Below are positions 1 through 8,917 of a stretch of 64,000 nucleotides of DNA, one piece after another. Origin of the DNA: Patescibacteria group bacterium (GTDB taxonomy: Bacteria; Patescibacteriota; UBA1384; DATEAH01). The stretch is taken from contig DATEAH010000007.1 in NCBI GenBank assembly GCA_035288465.1, positions 66,090 through 130,089 of the forward strand. The letters run 5' to 3'. Within the stretch, counting starts at the first letter, position 1. The number at the start of each line of letters is the position of its first letter. Below the pieces are notes generated by a model. It did no database searches. It was given only the letters and a program-made list of their open reading frames with translations, and was not told the origin of the DNA. Position numbers and translations under genes: made by a program.

Positions 1-104
1 TTGCCATCTCGTTTTAATCTGATTGATAACATGATTTTACTCCTAAATTTAATCCTGATTTCTTGATTATAATCTTAAAATTAGAAAAAGTCAAATGATT
101 ATTT

Positions 105-1064
105 TTAATTATTTTTTAGAATGCTGCCGATAAAATCTGGGTAACCATTCATAAATTCAGTGCCGGTTTGGGGTTTTTTGCCTTCGAGTTGAAGTTCTAA
201 AAGTAATAAACTGCCGGTGCCAGCCAAAACCGCTGGTAATTTGAGGTGTTGATCTAAAAATACCGTACCGGCTGAAGCGGGTGGTTCGGGAATGTTGGGA
301 ATTGCTTTGGCGTTTTTGATAATCAGTCTTTTTTTATCCCAAAAACTATAACTTTTTGGCCAATTCACGTATGAGCGAATTTCTCGTTCGAGAGTAATGG
401 CAGGTTTGGTAAAATCCAACAAGCCGGCTTCTTTTTTGATCATTTGGCAATAAGTGGCTAGTTTGTGATTTTGGGGAGTAGGTTTAATTTTTCCAGAGAG
501 ATACCCGAGCAGAGTTTTGGGCAAAATATTGGCGGAAATAGCAGTTAATTTTTGAGAAAGAGTTAAAAAATTATCATCAGATAGAACTGGGACCTTTTTT
601 TGTGCCAAAATTGGTCCAGTGTCCATTTTTTCGTCAATGAGCATCAGGCTCGTGCCTGTGGTTTTATCGCCTGCCAAAATCGTAGACTGGATAGGCGAAG
701 CGCCACGCCAGCTCGGCAACAAGGAAAAATGAACATTAATAATACCATGCTTAAAAATATCAATAATTTCTTTGGGAATTATTTGGCCATAGGCGGTGAC
801 AACCGCTAAATTTGGTTTAAGTTTAATTAATTTTGATTTGATCTGTACAATTTTTTCAGGTTGCAAAATATCAAGACGATGTTTTTGGGCATAGTCTTTA
901 ATAGCTGAAGGTATAAATTGATTTCCTCGCCCAGATGTTTTATCTGGTTCACAAATGACTAAAATTATTTCAAAATCCGGAGTTTCTAATAAGCTTTGTA
1001 AGATAGGAACGGCAATTTGCGGCGTGCCCATAAAAACAATTTTAGTTTTTGCAGCTCGATTCAT
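105..1064 (-). CDS. fmt: methionyl-tRNA formyltransferase
   Basis: 319 aa. N-terminal formyltransferase fold and the SLLPSWRGASPIQ motif, with a C-terminal Fmt domain. Adjacent to def. Confidence 0.9.
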   Translation of the reverse strand: MNRAAKTKIVFMGTPQIAVPILQSLLETPDFEIILVICEPDKTSGRGNQFIPSAIKDYAQKHRLDILQPEKIVQIKSKLIKLKPNLAVVTAYGQIIPKEIIDIFKHGIINVHFSLLPSWRGASPIQSTILAGDKTTGTSLMLIDEKMDTGPILAQKKVPVLSDDNFLTLSQKLTAISANILPKTLLGYLSGKIKPTPQNHKLATYCQMIKKEAGLLDFTKPAITLEREIRSYVNWPKSYSFWDKKRLIIKNAKAIPNIPEPPASAGTVFLDQHLKLPAVLAGTGSLLLLELQLEGKKPQTGTEFMNGYPDFIGSILKNN

Positions 1065-1065
1065 T

Positions 1066-1551
1066 TTAATCCTTTTTTAAATTTTCAAGATCTTTGGGCT
1101 CGATTTGGCGCAACGTTTCTGGTTTCACTTTATCGATAAATAAGACGCCATCCAAATGGTCGATCTCGTGTTGTAAGGAGACTGATGCCAGGTTTTCGGC
1201 AGTTAATTTCACTTTTCCACCATTTTCATTTTTGCCTTGAACTCGGACTTTTTTAGGCCGTTCAACTTCACCATAAAGTCCGGGGAAGGATAAACAGCCT
1301 TCTTCGATAGTGGCTTTTTCAGAAGAAGATTTGCATATCTTGGGATTAATTAAAATTCTGGAATGATCGCCATCTCGAAAAACTATCAAGCGAATCAATT
1401 TTCCGACTTGATTGGCAGCTAAACCGGCGCCATCATTTTCTTCCATTAACTTGATCATTTTTTTGCCCAATTTAACAATTTCCGGCGTGATGGCGGAAAT
1501 TGTTTTAGCTTTTTCTCTTAAAGTTGGGTTTGGGTATTTAATTATTCTCAT
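1066..1551 (-). CDS. def: peptide deformylase
   Basis: 161 aa. PDF motifs GAGLAANQVG, EGCLSFPG and HEIDHLDG are present. Forms a def-fmt operon. Confidence 0.9.
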   Translation of the reverse strand: MRIIKYPNPTLREKAKTISAITPEIVKLGKKMIKLMEENDGAGLAANQVGKLIRLIVFRDGDHSRILINPKICKSSSEKATIEEGCLSFPGLYGEVERPKKVRVQGKNENGGKVKLTAENLASVSLQHEIDHLDGVLFIDKVKPETLRQIEPKDLENLKKD

Positions 1552-2708
1552 TTACTTTTCGCAGTTATTAATTCTTGGTATAAAGTGGCTAATTTTTGGG
1601 CAGTTTTGGTAGCGCTAAAATCTTGAGCTCTAATGATGGCATTTTTAGACATTTGTTCTCGTAGCTGGTCGTCTTTGAGTAATTTTAAAGTTTTTTGAGC
1701 AAATTTATCAACATCACCAGGGGTAGTGAGATAGCCTGATTTTCCGTCTTGGACAATTTCCGAAGGACCAAATTTATTAACTGCCACGCAGGGGATACCA
1801 CCAGCAAATGCTTCAGCCACCACAATTCCTTGAGTTTCGGTCAGGGACGGCATGACAAAAATATCAGCTTCGGCAAAAATATGGTTAGTTTTTTCGTGTT
1901 CCAAATAGCCGGTCATGGTGACATTTTCTTTAAGCCCTAAATTTTCAACTTCGAGTTGATATCTTTTTTCTTCTTCGCCGCCACCCACTATTAACAAATG
2001 GCATTTTGGAAATTCTGAGTGAATTTTTTTAAAGGCTTGTAGCAAAAAACTTAAATTTTTTTCAGGAGCGAGGCGGCCAACATTTAGCAAAACTTTCTCA
2101 TCGGGATTGATTTTGAACTCTTTTTTAAGCTCGTCAGAAGAAAGTTTTTGATAATTTTCGAGGAAAATGCCAGTTGGGACAGGTTCAATCCTGGATTTAA
2201 CGCCATAAGAGCGGAGCAAGTCTCGAATTTGGGAGGTTGGAGTTATCACCAAATCTGCAGAATTAGCAAAATCGCGTGACAATTTGATTAAAACCTTTTT
2301 GGTAATTCCTTTAAAAAATGGCACATAATGAGCGTATTCGGTAAGCAGGGTGTGGTAAGTGTAGACTAAGGGCAGATTTAAATTTCTGGCAACTTTACGG
2401 CCGGCTCTGCCCATGCCAAAAAGATGTTGAACATGAATAATGTCAAGATTTAAAGGAGCTAGTTTTTTTGAAAGATGCGAAAAATAGGGGATACCGAGCG
2501 GGTAATAATTTTTGCCAGGTAAGGAGATTGAAGGTACGCGAATGATTTTTTCGTCGTCATTGTGGTAATTTTTATCTTTGGTGGCCGGGGCAATTACAAA
2601 AACTTCATGACCCATTTTGGTTAATTCTGACCGAAAAGTCTTAATAGAAATAACCACACCATTAATTGTTGGTTCAAAACATTCGCTAAAAATGCCAATT
2701 TTCATCAT
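1548..2708 (-). CDS. GT4-family (GT-B) glycosyltransferase
   Basis: 386 aa. C-terminal GT4 signature TETQGIVVAEAFAGGIPCV (the E-x7-E region). Overlaps the def start by 4 nt. Confidence 0.8.
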   Translation of the reverse strand: MMKIGIFSECFEPTINGVVISIKTFRSELTKMGHEVFVIAPATKDKNYHNDDEKIIRVPSISLPGKNYYPLGIPYFSHLSKKLAPLNLDIIHVQHLFGMGRAGRKVARNLNLPLVYTYHTLLTEYAHYVPFFKGITKKVLIKLSRDFANSADLVITPTSQIRDLLRSYGVKSRIEPVPTGIFLENYQKLSSDELKKEFKINPDEKVLLNVGRLAPEKNLSFLLQAFKKIHSEFPKCHLLIVGGGEEEKRYQLEVENLGLKENVTMTGYLEHEKTNHIFAEADIFVMPSLTETQGIVVAEAFAGGIPCVAVNKFGPSEIVQDGKSGYLTTPGDVDKFAQKTLKLLKDDQLREQMSKNAIIRAQDFSATKTAQKLATLYQELITAKSK

Positions 2709-2745
2709 TCCTCAAGCCTAATTATAACCCAAAATTAAAAAAAGG

Positions 2746-2813
2746 GCAAAAGGATTTGAGGTTGAAGAAGGGTTTTGTGGAAGAGAGGCGTAAAGCGGAA
2801 AAATCCTTTTGCC
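2746..2813 (-). terminator. 13-bp perfect inverted repeat (ggcaaaaggattt / aaatccttttgcc) with a long loop and a U-run on the minus strand
   Basis: Lies immediately downstream of the carrier-protein gene on the minus strand. The loop is ~42 nt, which is unusually long for an intrinsic terminator. Confidence 0.35.
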
Positions 2814-2843
2814 TAAAATGGTTGAAAATTGTTGAGATTGATT

Positions 2844-3140
2844 TTATTGAGGAGTGTTTTGAAGAATAACCTTATTGGTTATGTCGTGGATAGAGGTCTT
2901 GGAAATTTTTTTATCAACATTGTCAATGTTTAAATTCATGTCAAAAGCTTCCTCGAGGCTTAAGGTAAAAGTGACAATATCGAGACTGTCAAAGCCAAGA
3001 TCTCCATCAAGTGTAGCTGAGGGGGTAATTTTTGTGGCAGGGACATTGAATTCATTAGATAAAATATCTACAATTTGATTTAAAACGTCGCTATATTCCA
3101 TTTGGGGTTTGATGTCGACAATGTCCTGAGTAGGCGGCAT
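2844..3140 (-). CDS. acyl/peptidyl carrier protein-like small protein; the likely start is Met14, about 3101
   Basis: Carries the ACP-type phosphopantetheine-attachment motif LGFDSLDIVTFTLSLEEAF in a ~80-aa acidic helical protein. Confidence 0.55.
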   Translation of the reverse strand: MPPTQDIVDIKPQMEYSDVLNQIVDILSNEFNVPATKITPSATLDGDLGFDSLDIVTFTLSLEEAFDMNLNIDNVDKKISKTSIHDITNKVILQNTPQ

Positions 3141-3212
3141 GCTGATTCCCCCAAGTCCAAGCGTTGCCAGCTAACCTGATTTTATATTAAAAATGATTTT
3201 TTGTAAAGATAA

Positions 3213-5048
3213 TTATAATAGAGAAACCGGATCAACCTCAATTTTGATATCTTTAGGTAAAACCTCTGGGACTGGCATAATTTTAGTACCTTTGAGGATT
3301 ATTTGCCAACAGAATTTTTCAGCTTTTTTGAATTTGAAACAAGGTGATGATCCCAAAATTTTAAGCGAAGAATCAGAATTTTGGATTTTTTCCACCAAAG
3401 ACATGGCCTTTTCTTCTAAGTGTTTTAGATTTGAATCAGTAAGGATTAGTCTGATTAATTTGCCAAATGGCGGGTAGCCGGATTTTTTTCGAGCTAATAA
3501 TTCTTGATGATAAAAAAGCTGATCTGAGTCGCGCAAAATTGCCTGATAAATTAAATGTTGCGGATAATGTGTCTGGACTAAAAATTCGTTTTTGGCATAA
3601 AGTTTCGCAATTTTTAGAAGCTGATAGGTTTTTTCAGCGGATTTAAAATCCGGCAAGTTTAAAGTTAAGTCTGGCTCAACTGCGACCACTAAATTAGCAG
3701 GTTGAAATATTTTAGAAAAGATTTGTTGTGTACCAATAATTAAATCGTATGACAGATTTTGTAAATTTATTTTTTCAAAATGATCGCTTTCTAAACGTAA
3801 AATTTTGGCTTCAGGTATTATTTTTTGAACTTCAGTGGCAACTTTTTCCGTACCGCCACCCAAAAAGCGTAAATTTGATCCTAAACAATTTGGGCATTGA
3901 TTAGTAATTTGTTGAAAATATTGGCAGTGATGGCAAATTAAAGCTTGGCTAACTTGACCATATTGGATTCGAAAAGTGAGGACTTTTTGGCATTTGGGGC
4001 AGCGAAAAATATGCTGGCAGTCGCGGCATAGTACCACTGAGGCTGAGCCCTTTTTATTAATAAATAAGATTGAAGTTTGGTGATTTCGAAAATTTTCAAT
4101 TATTTTTTGTTGAACAAGATCTGAGAGTAAGTTAAGGTTTTTATTTAAATATTCCAGATTCATATCAATTAGTTTGGTTTTAGGGGAAAAGGGGAGTTGG
4201 GGCTTGAGCCAGCTGATTTTTCGTTTTTTAATTTCCAGAAAATAATCTAAATTTAAACTTGGGGAATAAAAAAATAAATTGGCTTTTTGCAGTTGGCATA
4301 ATTGTTCAGCCACTCGCCTGGTGTCATATCTGGGAGAGCGGTCTTGTTTATAGGTTTGATTTTCTGCCCCATCAATAATAATTTGGCCCAAATTAGCCAA
4401 GGGCGTAAAAACCGCAATTTGTGAGCCGACCACGACTTTTGCCTTTTGCGATAAGATTTTTAAATAATTTTGCCATTTTTCGGAATTTGGAAGCTGTGAA
4501 TGATATAAAATTGTTTCGTTTTGAAGACGCTTTGGTAAATATTGATAAAATAATTTCGCGTTTTCAACGTCGCCAAATAACACAATTGATTGTTTATTTT
4601 TGGTTTGTGTTTTTTCAATTAGTTCTATAAATTTAATTAATTTAGTTTTAAAAATTAAGTCTTTATCAGTCAGCTTTTGGGGCTTTCTGAGGGTGGAAAT
4701 TTTGGCGCGAGGCTTTAAAACTGGTTTTGGCAATAGGGCAAAAATGACTTGGGAAAGAGGAACGTGGTAGTAATTTGAAATCCAAAGTGATAATTTTTTT
4801 AATTGAGTTGGAAATTCAAAATCCGAAACCACAATTTTCACAATGCTTTTAAGTTTTAAATTTTGAATTTTGAAAGATCTTTTTCTTTTTATATCAAAAA
4901 CCAAACCTAAAATCTTACGATTGCCAAAAGGAATTTTTACCAACGAACCTATTTTAACTTCTGGCAATAATGAGGCTGGAATTTTATATGTGAACAAGGT
5001 TTGTTTAAAATCAGTTTTAATATTTGGAACGATTTGGGCATACTGCAT
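3213..5048 (-). CDS. priA: primosomal protein N' (PriA)-like, with degenerate ATPase motifs
   Basis: 611 aa. PriA Cys-rich zinc region CRDCQHIFRCPKCQ..CHHCQY..CPNC is intact. The region aligning to Walker A reads GDVENAKL (GVTGSGKT in E. coli PriA) and the region aligning to motif II reads DGAENQTYKQ (DEEHDSSYKQ). About 30 aa after Walker A are missing. Confidence 0.75.
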   Translation of the reverse strand: MQYAQIVPNIKTDFKQTLFTYKIPASLLPEVKIGSLVKIPFGNRKILGLVFDIKRKRSFKIQNLKLKSIVKIVVSDFEFPTQLKKLSLWISNYYHVPLSQVIFALLPKPVLKPRAKISTLRKPQKLTDKDLIFKTKLIKFIELIEKTQTKNKQSIVLFGDVENAKLFYQYLPKRLQNETILYHSQLPNSEKWQNYLKILSQKAKVVVGSQIAVFTPLANLGQIIIDGAENQTYKQDRSPRYDTRRVAEQLCQLQKANLFFYSPSLNLDYFLEIKKRKISWLKPQLPFSPKTKLIDMNLEYLNKNLNLLSDLVQQKIIENFRNHQTSILFINKKGSASVVLCRDCQHIFRCPKCQKVLTFRIQYGQVSQALICHHCQYFQQITNQCPNCLGSNLRFLGGGTEKVATEVQKIIPEAKILRLESDHFEKINLQNLSYDLIIGTQQIFSKIFQPANLVVAVEPDLTLNLPDFKSAEKTYQLLKIAKLYAKNEFLVQTHYPQHLIYQAILRDSDQLFYHQELLARKKSGYPPFGKLIRLILTDSNLKHLEEKAMSLVEKIQNSDSSLKILGSSPCFKFKKAEKFCWQIILKGTKIMPVPEVLPKDIKIEVDPVSLL

Positions 5049-5065
5049 AAAAAATCCTTCGGATT

Positions 5066-5166
5066 TTTTTAAATCCTAAATTCAAATATCGAAATCCTAA
5101 ACAATATCAAAATTCAAATTTTCAAAATTGGAACTTATTTGAGATTTGTAATTTTGAATTTATAAT
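5066..5166. repeat. AT-rich intergenic inverted-repeat element, copy A of a five-copy family
   Basis: Begins aaatcctaaattcaaatatcgaaatcctaaacaa and ends with an inverted tttgaatttataattt-type arm. Shares the aaatcctaaat..cgaaa..ctaaaca motif with copies at 19.2, 20.3, 32.7 and 47.3 kb. Confidence 0.5.
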
Positions 5167-5688
5167 TTATTCCTCATGTCTTTTGACAGTGAATTTATAC
5201 AAAAATACGGGTTCACCTTCAATAATACCGGCTTTTTGGCTGGCAATGGCGATTTGTTGATTGGCGGAATCTACCCCGTCTAAATCTGGTAATAATAAAC
5301 CAGAACGACCATCAGCAGTTTTGACAATCACGCCATATTTTTTAGGATTTAGCTCACGATCGGGATTTTGAACTGGTTTTGGTGAGGATAAGACATCAAC
5401 TGAAATTTCGATACTTTTTAGTTCAGACAAAGTTACCGGTTCAAATCTGGGGTCGCTGGTGGCCGCAGCCACCGCGTTTTTGATAATTTCTTCGGCTAAA
5501 TTTGGTTGGGTGGCTAAGAAAGTGCCGATGCAACCTCGCAAATCATCATTTGATAAATGCAAACTGATAAAAGTCCCGGCGCGTTTGGTTAAGTTTTTTG
5601 GTAATGATTTTGGGGAATTTAAAAATTTGCCAGTTTTCAAATAATTATAAATTGATTTTCGAGCCAAGTTTGTATAAATATTTTTCAT
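5167..5688 (-). CDS. AMMECR1 domain protein (AmmeMemoRadiSam system protein A)
   Basis: 173 aa. Contains the conserved AMMECR1 motif LRGCIGT. Confidence 0.85.
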   Translation of the reverse strand: MKNIYTNLARKSIYNYLKTGKFLNSPKSLPKNLTKRAGTFISLHLSNDDLRGCIGTFLATQPNLAEEIIKNAVAAATSDPRFEPVTLSELKSIEISVDVLSSPKPVQNPDRELNPKKYGVIVKTADGRSGLLLPDLDGVDSANQQIAIASQKAGIIEGEPVFLYKFTVKRHEE

Positions 5689-5693
5689 ATAAT

Positions 5694-6509
5694 TTATTTA
5701 ATTTTAAATTCAACAACGGCATAACCGACGCCAAAGGGACATTCGTAGGAGAGTTTTTTAACTTGATATTTTAAATGGCTAATGGCACCCAATAAGATGA
5801 GGATTGAGCGATATCCACATTCACCAGCTTCATCTATAAATTCTTCGTCAAAATTTAAAATCTTAGTGACTTCATTTTTTTCAAGCGCTTTAATGAGCTG
5901 CTGGTCAAATTTTTTACCGAGGGTTGAATAACCGGCTGGAGATTGGGGTAAAAGCCGGTGGGACAAATCACCAGAGGCGATAATGGCAACCCTTTTGTTT
6001 TTGAGCTTTTCTAAAACATCGGCTAAGGCTTCACCAAAAGCAAAATGTGAATTTACATTTAAGTAAGAATAAGCGATTGGGACAACTTTTACATTTGTGA
6101 GGTGTTTGCAGATAAAATACAAAGGCACTAAACTGCCGTGGTCTAATTCAAAAGTGTTGTCCGGATTATCATTGGTATATAGCAGGGTTTCAATTCCTTC
6201 GGCATCAGCTTTGGCGTTAATTTCTTTGACAAGTTGCAGATCGTTTTCAAATTTGAATTTAATTTCCGGGTGGCCAAATTGAGAAAAATCGCCTTTTAAT
6301 TTTGGCATGCCACAAATATTCATCCGGTCAGGATAAACTAAACCATGTGGGGAAATTAAAATAATCGTTTCCGGATCGGTTTTATCCAAGTCTTGGCTAA
6401 ATTTTTCCATGGCGGCAATGGATTTTTGAACTTTTGTTGAGTCTGTTCCGCCAATTTCAGGAACCATAATCGGTGGATGTGGCGTTATCGCTGCGAAAAT
6501 TATTGACAT
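5694..6509 (-). CDS. MEMO1-family protein (AmmeMemoRadiSam system protein B)
   Basis: 271 aa. Class III extradiol-dioxygenase-like / Memo fold with His-rich sites PHPP..SPHG. Adjacent to the AMMECR1 gene. Confidence 0.8.
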   Translation of the reverse strand: MSIIFAAITPHPPIMVPEIGGTDSTKVQKSIAAMEKFSQDLDKTDPETIILISPHGLVYPDRMNICGMPKLKGDFSQFGHPEIKFKFENDLQLVKEINAKADAEGIETLLYTNDNPDNTFELDHGSLVPLYFICKHLTNVKVVPIAYSYLNVNSHFAFGEALADVLEKLKNKRVAIIASGDLSHRLLPQSPAGYSTLGKKFDQQLIKALEKNEVTKILNFDEEFIDEAGECGYRSILILLGAISHLKYQVKKLSYECPFGVGYAVVEFKIK

Positions 6510-6719
6510 AATTTTCTCCGCTTAAATTTAAAATTAAAAAGTCAAAAATTAAAATTGATTATTCGAACCTATTATAGCACAATTTTGATTTTTAAGCTTG
6601 ACTTCCAGAGAGAGAGTTAAATGGAAAATAGAGAACAATAAACAACTAACAATAATCCGCCGACGAAGCGGAAATGACCCACCTTCGCTAAAGCTATGGT
6701 GGGCGGGGAGGAAAATTAT

Positions 6720-7488
6720 GACATCAGAAACTGAAGGTTATCAACCAGGTGAAGAAGAAGTTCAAGCAGCCGAAGAAATGATGGATGATAAACAAAAGAG
6801 AGAGAGTATGGGAAGAGAACGGGACATGTTAGACGAAAAAAGGCTTGAGGAAGGAGAAAAAATTGGCGATCCAACTGAAATGTTAGTTGACCATTTCCAA
6901 ACCACGGCAGACAAAATGAAAGTAGAAGGGTTAGATAGTGATGCAAGAAGTGTTGAAAAATTAATAAGTATTTTTCAAAATTTTTCCAACAACGCAAAAA
7001 AAGAATACGAAAAGAAAAAATCCTTAGGACTTAATCCTGTTTGGCTGCGGGAGGATAAACGTTTAGCTATATTCTATAGCGGAAGAGGAATAGAGTTAGT
7101 AAATGTGCACAGAGGTGTTGATGTTTATGATGAATTGACAACGAAACGACAAAGCCCCGAACCTAAAACAACCATAGCTGGACCACTTGGTCGCTTATCT
7201 GAAAAGGGTTGGAAAATTTTTTACGAATCAACAGGTATTGATGAGAATTTAATGGAAATAAATAAAGAAGCATTTGATAAAAATTACAAATCAGCTAAAG
7301 ATAAACACAATTTTAGTGTGGAAACAGAAGAATCTACAAATATTCCTGGTGTAAGATTAAGAGCTCGATCTAATGGTGCTAATTTTAACACAGAATACTA
7401 CATTTCTTATAGTGAAGATTCGGTTCGTATATTATTTGATAATACTTTTATGAACCGAATGCGAAATAGAAGCGAAAGAGAAAAATAA
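6720..7488 (+). CDS. hypothetical acidic protein, 256 aa from an RBS-supported ATG (the ORF track extends to 6598)
   Basis: RBS gggaggaaaa precedes the ATG at 6720. No recognisable domain. GC content is visibly higher than the flanks. Inserted inside the AmmeMemoRadiSam gene triad. Confidence 0.5.
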
Positions 7489-7550
7489 TTATTGTACGAG
7501 CTAGTTTATTAACTCTTGATAATTTACTAAATAAAATAATGAAGGTTTAT

Positions 7551-7603
7551 ACATTTCCCAAATGAACATATTTTAAGCCGGATTTTTTACCAATTTGGGC
7601 GGC
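7551..7603. repeat. direct repeat copy 1: a duplicated 3' end of the radical-SAM gene
   Basis: 53 nt, with ~46/53 identity to 8008..8060. On the minus strand it encodes ..AAQIGKKSGLKYVHLGNV plus a stop, so it matches the C-terminus of the radical-SAM protein through synonymous changes. Confidence 0.7.
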
Positions 7604-7671
7604 TTTTTGACAAAGGATTTTTGGATGATATAATGAAAATCAGAACATTGAAAAGTTTTAAAGGGAGTAAA

Positions 7672-8001
7672 ATGGCCTTAGAAAAAAAAGATTTTGAACA
7701 AATTGAAAAAATTGTCAATAAAACCGAATCTCGGTTAGAGAAGAAAATTGGTGCGACGGAAACCCATCTGGAAAAGAAAATTACTTCCACAGAAACTGGT
7801 CTGGAAGAAAAAATTGGTTCTATAAAAACTCATCTGGAAGAAAAAATTGAAGATTCTGAAAATAGAATTATTTCTGTTTTGAGCCGGGAAATCACTGATT
7901 TAGCGGAAATTAACCGAGCCGTAATTGAGAGAGTGGATCAAATTGCTGAATTAGAAAAACGTATTATCCACATTGAACATAAAATCGGAATCACCACTTG
8001 A
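7672..8001 (+). CDS. small coiled-coil protein with ~11-aa (33-nt) tandem repeats
   Basis: RBS aagggag precedes the ATG at 7672. Repeats ETHLEKKI / ETGLEEKI / KTHLEEKI. Bracketed by the 53-nt direct repeats. Confidence 0.45.
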   Translation: MALEKKDFEQIEKIVNKTESRLEKKIGATETHLEKKITSTETGLEEKIGSIKTHLEEKIEDSENRIISVLSREITDLAEINRAVIERVDQIAELEKRIIHIEHKIGITT

Positions 8002-8003
8002 GA

Positions 8004-8891
8004 TTAAACATTTCCCAAATGAACATATTTTAGACCAGATTTTTTGCCGATTTGGCTGGCGAGCTCTAAAGTTTTAATTGGTGTGATGGTGCTATCCATC
8101 ATTTTGAAAGCCGGGAAGAAGCGAGAGATGTGCCAGGGAATATTTTTATCAATTTTTGCTAAGAACTCGGCAATTTGGGTGAGTTCTTTTTTTGAATTAT
8201 TAACACCCGGAATTATTAATGTTGTCACCTCTAAATGAATTTTTTTGGTGTGAACTGTCTTAATATTTTCTAAAACTGGGGCGAGTTTTGCGCCGCAGTA
8301 TTTTTGATAGGTTTCGTCTTTGAAAGCCTTAAGGTCGATATTGATCGCGTCTAAGAATGGCGTGATGAGATTTAAAGTTTCTTTTGAAAAATAACCATTT
8401 GAGACCCAGGTATTTTTTAGACCTTTCTTGTGGGCGATTTTCATCGTATCTAAAGCAAGCTCTAAAAAGATAGTCGGTTCAGTATAAGTATAGGAAATAG
8501 ACGGACAATTATTTTTGATAGCTTCAGCGACAATTTCTGCTGGCGTCATTTTTTGAAAAGGAATTTCGTCGATTGGTAAATTATATCCTGAAGCTTTTGA
8601 AGCTTGGGAAATATCTGCATTTTGGCACCAAGCGCAACGGAAATTACATCCAACCGTAGCGATAGAATAAGTCAAAGTTTTCGGCATAAAATGAAAGAGT
8701 GGTTTTTTCTCAATCGGGTCAATGTGGGCAGCAATTATTTTTCCGTAGGCTAAAAAATATAATTTACCTTGCTGATTTTCGCGCACACCACAAATTCCCC
8801 GATTCCCGGGTAAAATTTGACATTGATGAGAACAAGTTAGGCATTGGACTTTTTGCCCGCCCAATTTTTGATATAAATAAGATTCTTTCAT
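8004..8891 (-). CDS. AmmeMemoRadiSam system radical SAM enzyme
   Basis: 295 aa. CNFRCAWCQN (CxxxCxxC) radical-SAM cluster motif. PFL-activase-like. Partner of the AMMECR1 and Memo genes. Confidence 0.85.
   Translation of the reverse strand: MKESYLYQKLGGQKVQCLTCSHQCQILPGNRGICGVRENQQGKLYFLAYGKIIAAHIDPIEKKPLFHFMPKTLTYSIATVGCNFRCAWCQNADISQASKASGYNLPIDEIPFQKMTPAEIVAEAIKNNCPSISYTYTEPTIFLELALDTMKIAHKKGLKNTWVSNGYFSKETLNLITPFLDAINIDLKAFKDETYQKYCGAKLAPVLENIKTVHTKKIHLEVTTLIIPGVNNSKKELTQIAEFLAKIDKNIPWHISRFFPAFKMMDSTITPIKTLELASQIGKKSGLKYVHLGNV
8008..8060. repeat. direct repeat copy 2: the authentic 3' end of the radical-SAM gene
   Basis: Encodes ASQIGKKSGLKYVHLGNV* on the minus strand. Pairs with copy 1 at 7551..7603. 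Confidence 0.7.
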
Positions 8892-8917
8892 TTTTAATTT
8901 TAATTAGAACCAAGAGA

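Noticed and set aside
5050-5070. Hairpin aaaaatcc-ttcg-ggatttttt next to the priA start
   Set aside because: It is a plausible bidirectional terminator, but it lies ~100 nt from the AMMECR1 gene end and at the 5' side of priA, so its role is ambiguous. It is not called as a feature.
6598-6719. Upstream extension of the 6598..7488 ORF
   Set aside because: The extension lacks an RBS. A strong SD (gggaggaaaa) precedes the internal ATG at 6720, so the shorter start was preferred.
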